Below are positions 59,356 through 64,000 of a DNA stretch of 64,000 nt, piece after piece. The position numbers and the translations under genes are program-made. Below the pieces are notes generated by a model, which saw nothing but the letters and a program-made list of their open reading frames with translations, made no database searches and was not told the origin of the DNA. Numbering within the stretch: position 1 is the stretch's first letter; every line of letters starts with the position of its first letter. Location of the stretch: the NCBI GenBank assembly GCA_003216355.1, contig QCIX01000005.1:759-64758 (forward strand), given 5' to 3'. Source of the DNA: Prochlorococcus sp. AG-402-N23 (GTDB taxonomy: Bacteria > Cyanobacteriota > Cyanobacteriia > PCC-6307 > Cyanobiaceae).

Positions 59356-59625
59356 ATGGCAAAAAAAAGAAGGAAGTTAAATAAAGATTTTGAGAAAAAA
59401 ATATATTCATCAAAAAAAAATGTCGAATTAGTACTGGCAAAAATCTATGATATCGACGATGAAGACATACAAAAAGAATATATGAGCGCTTTTAACAAAG
59501 TGGTTTACTTATATGAAGAATTAAAAGAAGATTACGAACGACAAGGATTCTCTGATAATTCTGAAGAACTTCTCACAAGCTACAAAAATGCTTTTAATCT
59601 TTTTGAATCAGAATTTGAAATTTAA
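59356..59625 (+). CDS. hypothetical protein
   Basis: 89-aa helical ORF. Confidence 0.65.
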   Translation: MAKKRRKLNKDFEKKIYSSKKNVELVLAKIYDIDDEDIQKEYMSAFNKVVYLYEELKEDYERQGFSDNSEELLTSYKNAFNLFESEFEI

Positions 59626-59638
59626 ATTCAATTTCTAA

Positions 59639-59857
59639 TTACCGTTTGAAAGGGGTTACAGGTATTTCAATTAGCTTTCCTTTTTGGAGATCAGATCTTT
59701 TCTCTTGTAAATTTTTGATACATAAAGATACTCTTTTCTCCTTTGCGCAAAATCTTTTTATTTGGTAATCAGTAAGTGATAATGATTTACTACTAAATGA
59801 AAAAAAGGCCAATAAAAACATAGAAAAATTTAATACCAATTTCATTTGTTCTCTCAT
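59639..59857 (-). CDS. small secreted hypothetical protein
   Basis: signal-like N-terminus; C..C; IEIPV.P. Confidence 0.6.
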   Translation of the reverse strand: MREQMKLVLNFSMFLLAFFSFSSKSLSLTDYQIKRFCAKEKRVSLCIKNLQEKRSDLQKGKLIEIPVTPFKR

Positions 59858-59885
59858 AACTATTTTCTAATATCCTTTAATTTAA

Positions 59886-60164
59886 TTACTTTTTATTATA
59901 AAGATCTATAATTTCTTTTAATTCATCTTTACTTAACTCTGTTGAAATAAAAACTTCTTGAGCTGTTTTACCCTTTCTTGCGATTGCTTTATATCCGTTT
60001 ATAGTTTTCACTGACAATCTAATTATCAATTGAGAAGATCTTCCCCTGGCTCTTGAAATAGCAGCTGGAGTTATTGTCTTGATATTATTGTCCAGTGCTA
60101 ATTTTTGAAGTATTGGTATTAGACCTTCTATATTTGTACTATGATTTAAAACTAACCTTCCCAA
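59886..60164 (-). CDS. DUF2103-family protein
   Basis: GRLVLNHSTNIEGL, ARKGKTAQEVFI. Confidence 0.8.
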   Translation of the reverse strand: MGRLVLNHSTNIEGLIPILQKLALDNNIKTITPAAISRARGRSSQLIIRLSVKTINGYKAIARKGKTAQEVFISTELSKDELKEIIDLYNKK

Positions 60165-60280
60165 TTTAATTTTATTACAATTCTATTGAGAAAATTTTGT
60201 TTCTGAGAAATTAACTTTAGCTTTAAAATGATTAAAAAATTTTGAAGTTCTGTTATATTTATAAAAATGATTAAATTCTA

Positions 60281-60382
60281 ATGATCTTTCAAATAGGCTG
60301 GGCAGCATTGGCTGCTATTTTTACTTTTTCAATTGCCATGGTTGTTTGGGGAAGAAATGGGGACGGATCCATTGATATATGA
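60281..60382 (+). CDS. petN: cytochrome b6f subunit VIII
   Basis: [33 protein letters not shown]. Confidence 0.95.
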
Positions 60383-60519
60383 TTTCATTTTTAACTTATG
60401 AAGTCTATTTAAGTAAATTCCTTATCTTAACATCGTTTGTTTTACTCATATTCATAACATTAGCTGTAATTTATATATCCTACGTCTCTTGGAAAGATAA
60501 AAAAAGATTAAAAAAATAG
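60379..60519 (+). CDS. 46-aa single-TM protein coupled to petN
   Basis: ATGA overlap; ...[16 protein letters not shown]. Confidence 0.6.
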
Positions 60520-60522
60520 ATA

Positions 60523-61179
60523 TTATTTTTTTTGGTCTTTTTTCTTATCCTTAATTCTTAGCTCTTCAATTAATTCTTTTGCTTGTTCCATTTTTGATAT
60601 GCTGCTTTTGTAGATTCCAATATCTTTTTCTGCTTTATTAGCAGATAAGCTTAACTTCTCAAAAATATCAGAGGTAATTTTATTTTTATCTGGTTCATTT
60701 TTCTCTTTGAAATCTTGGGAGTTTGAAATTAATATATATATTCCTAAGTTCAAAATCCTTGAAGGATAAAGTTTGGAATTACTTTTTTCTATTAATAATT
60801 TTAAAATATCTTGAGATGTTTTATCCTTTAATTCTTTTTGAGACTTTTTAGATATTTCATTAATTTCCTTCGCCTCAAAATTTGTCGAACTGCATAAAGA
60901 TTCAAAAAGTAGATCCAAGTGTTTTTCAGGTTGATATCCTTTCATTAATTCTTTGAATGTTTCTGTGAGGCCTACACAAAAGAGATAATCTTGCGTAAAT
61001 TCATTTTGATGGTTTAAAAGATTAAGTTCGACAAGCATTTCATCAACTATTCTTTTATATAAACCTGGAATGACGTAAGGAAATTTTTCATGAAATAACT
61101 TTTTGCTATCTGAAACAGTCAATTTTTCTTTCAATTTTTTATATGTAAACCTTAATAAGGTTAGCGTATGTTGACTCAA
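60523..61179 (-). CDS. psb29: photosystem II biogenesis protein Psb29/Thf1
   Basis: [18 protein letters not shown]...DE.LVEL.LL; KD...Y.S...KM.QA. Confidence 0.9.
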   Translation of the reverse strand: MSQHTLTLLRFTYKKLKEKLTVSDSKKLFHEKFPYVIPGLYKRIVDEMLVELNLLNHQNEFTQDYLFCVGLTETFKELMKGYQPEKHLDLLFESLCSSTNFEAKEINEISKKSQKELKDKTSQDILKLLIEKSNSKLYPSRILNLGIYILISNSQDFKEKNEPDKNKITSDIFEKLSLSANKAEKDIGIYKSSISKMEQAKELIEELRIKDKKKDQKK

Positions 61180-61214
61180 TATCGTTAATATCTAATAAAC
61201 AGATAAATATTATT

Positions 61215-61802
61215 ATGATCCCTTTAGTTTTAGAAGAATCGGGCGGTAGTGAAAGAGTCTTTGATATTTATTCGAGACTATTAAGAGAGAGAATAATCTT
61301 TTTGGGAGAACAAGTTACTAGTGAAACTGCTAATAGAATTGTTGCACAATTATTGTTCCTCGAGGCAGAGGATCCAGATAAGGACATTTATATGTACATA
61401 AATTCACCTGGAGGATCCGTATATGACGGATTGGGTATCTTTGACACAATGCAACATGTGAAGCCTGACATTCATACAGTTTGTGTTGGCTTAGCAGCTA
61501 GTATGGGTGCATTTTTGCTTTCGGCAGGTACTAAAGGTAAAAGAAGCAGCCTTAGACATTCAAGAATAATGATTCATCAACCACTTGGAGGTGCTAGAGG
61601 TCAAGCCAGTGATATAAGAATTCAAGCAGATGAAATTTTATTCTTAAAAGAACGACTTAATACTGAATTATCGGAAAGAACTGGAAAGGATTATGACACT
61701 ATCAAAGAAGATACTGATAGAGATTTTTATATGTCCCCGACCGAAGCTGTTGAGTACGGTTTAATTGATCTGGTGTTAGATAAGAAACCTATAAAAGTTT
61801 AG
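61215..61802 (+). CDS. clpP: ATP-dependent Clp protease proteolytic subunit
   Basis: DIYSRLL, YINSPGG, AASMGA, MIHQP, DRD. Confidence 0.97.
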   Translation: MIPLVLEESGGSERVFDIYSRLLRERIIFLGEQVTSETANRIVAQLLFLEAEDPDKDIYMYINSPGGSVYDGLGIFDTMQHVKPDIHTVCVGLAASMGAFLLSAGTKGKRSSLRHSRIMIHQPLGGARGQASDIRIQADEILFLKERLNTELSERTGKDYDTIKEDTDRDFYMSPTEAVEYGLIDLVLDKKPIKV

Positions 61803-63730
61803 CTTAATAATTGAGGTGTTCTCTCTTTCTCAGGAATTTTGGTGAATTTGGAAAGAATACTTACAAATTCATCACCATCTAATGTTTCTTTCTCGATTAA
61901 TAGGTCTACTATCTTATCCATAGCTTCTCTATTTTTGCTTACTATATCGTAGGTTTCTTTATAACATTCCTTGACCATTACTCTTACACTTTCATCAATT
62001 TGTTTAGAGATTGAATCAGAAACTTCACTTCTAGTCATTAAATCTCTACCAACAAATACTTCTTGATTACCACTTTCTAAAGCTATCGGACCTAAATTAC
62101 TCATTCCAAATCTAGTAACCATTTGGCGGGCCATTGAAGCAACTTGTTGGAAATCACCTCCCGCTCCTGTTGTAATCTCACCTTCTCCAAAAACTACATC
62201 TTCAGCAGCTCTTCCGCCTAAAGCACCCATTATCCTCGCTTTTAATTGCGCCCTGCTAACAAGGGTTTGTTCATCGTCTGGGGTAAACCAAGTTAATCCT
62301 TTAGCTTGACCTCTCGGAATGACGGTCACTTTTTGAACAGGATCATGGGCTTTAACAAGTGAACCTATGAGAGCATGGCCAACTTCATGATAAGCAATTA
62401 ATCTCTTGCTTCTACCATCTGTTAAGGGTGAACCTTCCATTCCTGCTACAATCCTATCTACAGAGTCATCAATTTCTGAGATACTTATAGAGTCTTTTCT
62501 CCTCCTAGCGGTTAATATAGCAGCCTCATTTAATAAATTTGCTAAATCTGCTCCAGTAAATCCTGGTGTTCTTCTCGCAATGCTTTCAAGCGTTAAATCC
62601 TCTTGAAGTTTCTTATTCCTAGCATGAACTTCCAATATTGATAATCTGCCCTTGATATCAGGTGCATCTACGGTTACCTGTCTATCAAATCTGCCTGGTC
62701 TCATTAGCGCAGAGTCTAAAACATCGGGCCTGTTTGTGGCTGCAATTATTATTATGCCACTGTTACCTTCGAAGCCATCCATTTCAGTAAGTAATTGATT
62801 TAGAGTTTGTTCTCTCTCATCATTACCTCCACCAATACCTGCACCTCTTTGCCTTCCGACAGCATCTATTTCATCAATAAAAATTAAACAAGGACTATTC
62901 TCTTTAGCTCTTTTGAAAAGGTCTCTAACTCTACTAGCGCCAACACCAACAAACATTTCAACAAATTCAGAACCTGATAATGAGAAAAATGGCACACCAG
63001 CTTCACCTGCAATTGCTTTAGCTAAAAGGGTTTTACCAGTACCAGGAGGTCCTACCAATAGAACCCCTTTGGGAATCCTTGCTCCTACAGAAGTAAATTT
63101 TTCTGGTTTTTTCAGAAAAGTGACAACTTCTTGCAAATCCTGTTTAGCTTCGTTAACGCCTGCAACATCATCGAATACAACCCCTGTTTCAGCTTCCATT
63201 GCAAATCTTGCCTTTGTTTTCCCAAACTGCATTGCTTGGCCAGGACCTCCAGGCATACCATTTGACCTCCTGGCTAGTAAAATTAAACCTCCAATTAAGA
63301 TAGCCGGGAAGAGTAAATTACCTAAAATTCCTAATGCAGGGGGAGCTGTTTTTACTGGATGAACATCAAAACTGATTCCCTCATTTTTTAAAATATTTAT
63401 AAGCTCTGGTGTCAAGCCGGGAAGATCTACACGCAACCTTTGGACTTTATTATCCAAATCAGAATCTATTGTCTCTATAACTGCATTTCTGCCTCCCTCA
63501 AAAATATCAACAGATGTAACCCTTCCTGAATTAATATAATCTAAAAATCTTCCGTAACTAACTCTTGCTACCGCTGAATTTCTTGGTGCAACAGTAGTTC
63601 CGTTAGATTTAAGTGAATCAACATTGCTTGAAGATAAAAATTGGTATGAAAGCGCTATTACTAAAAGTATAGGTAAAGCCCATAAAATTAATGTTTTAAA
63701 TTTCTGATTCATTAATTTGTAGAAAGTCAA
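61799..63730 (-). CDS. ftsH: ATP-dependent zinc metalloprotease FtsH (FtsH2-type)
   Basis: [26 protein letters not shown]. Confidence 0.97.
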   Translation of the reverse strand: MTFYKLMNQKFKTLILWALPILLVIALSYQFLSSSNVDSLKSNGTTVAPRNSAVARVSYGRFLDYINSGRVTSVDIFEGGRNAVIETIDSDLDNKVQRLRVDLPGLTPELINILKNEGISFDVHPVKTAPPALGILGNLLFPAILIGGLILLARRSNGMPGGPGQAMQFGKTKARFAMEAETGVVFDDVAGVNEAKQDLQEVVTFLKKPEKFTSVGARIPKGVLLVGPPGTGKTLLAKAIAGEAGVPFFSLSGSEFVEMFVGVGASRVRDLFKRAKENSPCLIFIDEIDAVGRQRGAGIGGGNDEREQTLNQLLTEMDGFEGNSGIIIIAATNRPDVLDSALMRPGRFDRQVTVDAPDIKGRLSILEVHARNKKLQEDLTLESIARRTPGFTGADLANLLNEAAILTARRRKDSISISEIDDSVDRIVAGMEGSPLTDGRSKRLIAYHEVGHALIGSLVKAHDPVQKVTVIPRGQAKGLTWFTPDDEQTLVSRAQLKARIMGALGGRAAEDVVFGEGEITTGAGGDFQQVASMARQMVTRFGMSNLGPIALESGNQEVFVGRDLMTRSEVSDSISKQIDESVRVMVKECYKETYDIVSKNREAMDKIVDLLIEKETLDGDEFVSILSKFTKIPEKERTPQLLS

Positions 63731-63818
63731 TTCTAGGATTCTAGACTGAATCAGTGCATTTCGTTGATATTTTCTTTAACTTTATGCTTATACTACTCTT
63801 TAGTGTATCTAATTTATA

Positions 63819-64000
63819 ATGAAATTTGAGATCAAAGATAAGGTTAAGTTGATTGCGCCAGTCTCTTACTTGAAGACTTCAGATAATATGCCGATGTTAA
63901 GACCACCTGATCTAGTGGCAATTGATGAAATTGGGGAAATCCTTTCAATTAAATCTCCAGATACTGTTGAAGTAAAGTTTAGAAGAGGTTCTTTTTTAAT
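63819..64000 (+). CDS. sipA: SipA/DUF3148 protein (runs off the window)
   Basis: YLKTSDNMPMLRPPDLV...V.FRRGSFL. Confidence 0.85.
   Translation, partial: MKFEIKDKVKLIAPVSYLKTSDNMPMLRPPDLVAIDEIGEILSIKSPDTVEVKFRRGSFL

Noticed and set aside
4261-63362. Many antisense ORFs within nrdJ, prfC, pst, ligase, ftsH and others
   Set aside because: Ser/Phe/Leu-rich shadows of well-supported genes on the opposite strand

Overview
AT-rich chromosomal window from a marine picocyanobacterium. Gene order and protein sequences point to a high-light Prochlorococcus. It has four parts. (1) At 1-3.5 kb: tRNA-Ser(TGA) with a ~1.14-kb integrase-less mini-element that duplicated the 5' half of the tRNA, followed by an NtcA site/glutamine-riboswitch/DUF4278 unit (Yfr6-type). 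(2) A core block at 3.6-27.6 kb: nrdJ, prfC, hslO, rsmE, phnDCE, an aminotransferase, UDG, ispG, a Ctp protease, nadA, aroB, purK and 6S RNA. (3) A hypervariable island from the 6S RNA 3' end to ~60 kb. It is full of microproteins and holds LexA-box-led DUF1651 modules, an adenylation-domain-only NAD ligase, an hli gene, a DnaA-box cluster, a stripped-down pstSCAB locus and the exonuclease/ATP-ligase/Lhr-core/phosphoesterase repair operon. (4) A return to core genes: petN, psb29, clpP, ftsH, sipA. The most interesting candidates are an unannotated 46-aa ORF in a LexA-boxed operon that resembles the polymerase-binding C-terminal tail of DnaX/tau, the tRNA-Ser mini-element with arm-type repeats, arm-like repeats after 6S RNA, an ectopic DnaA-box cluster, and a family-4 UDG lacking its Fe-S ligands. 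All family assignments come from motif recognition and recall; no database searches were run.
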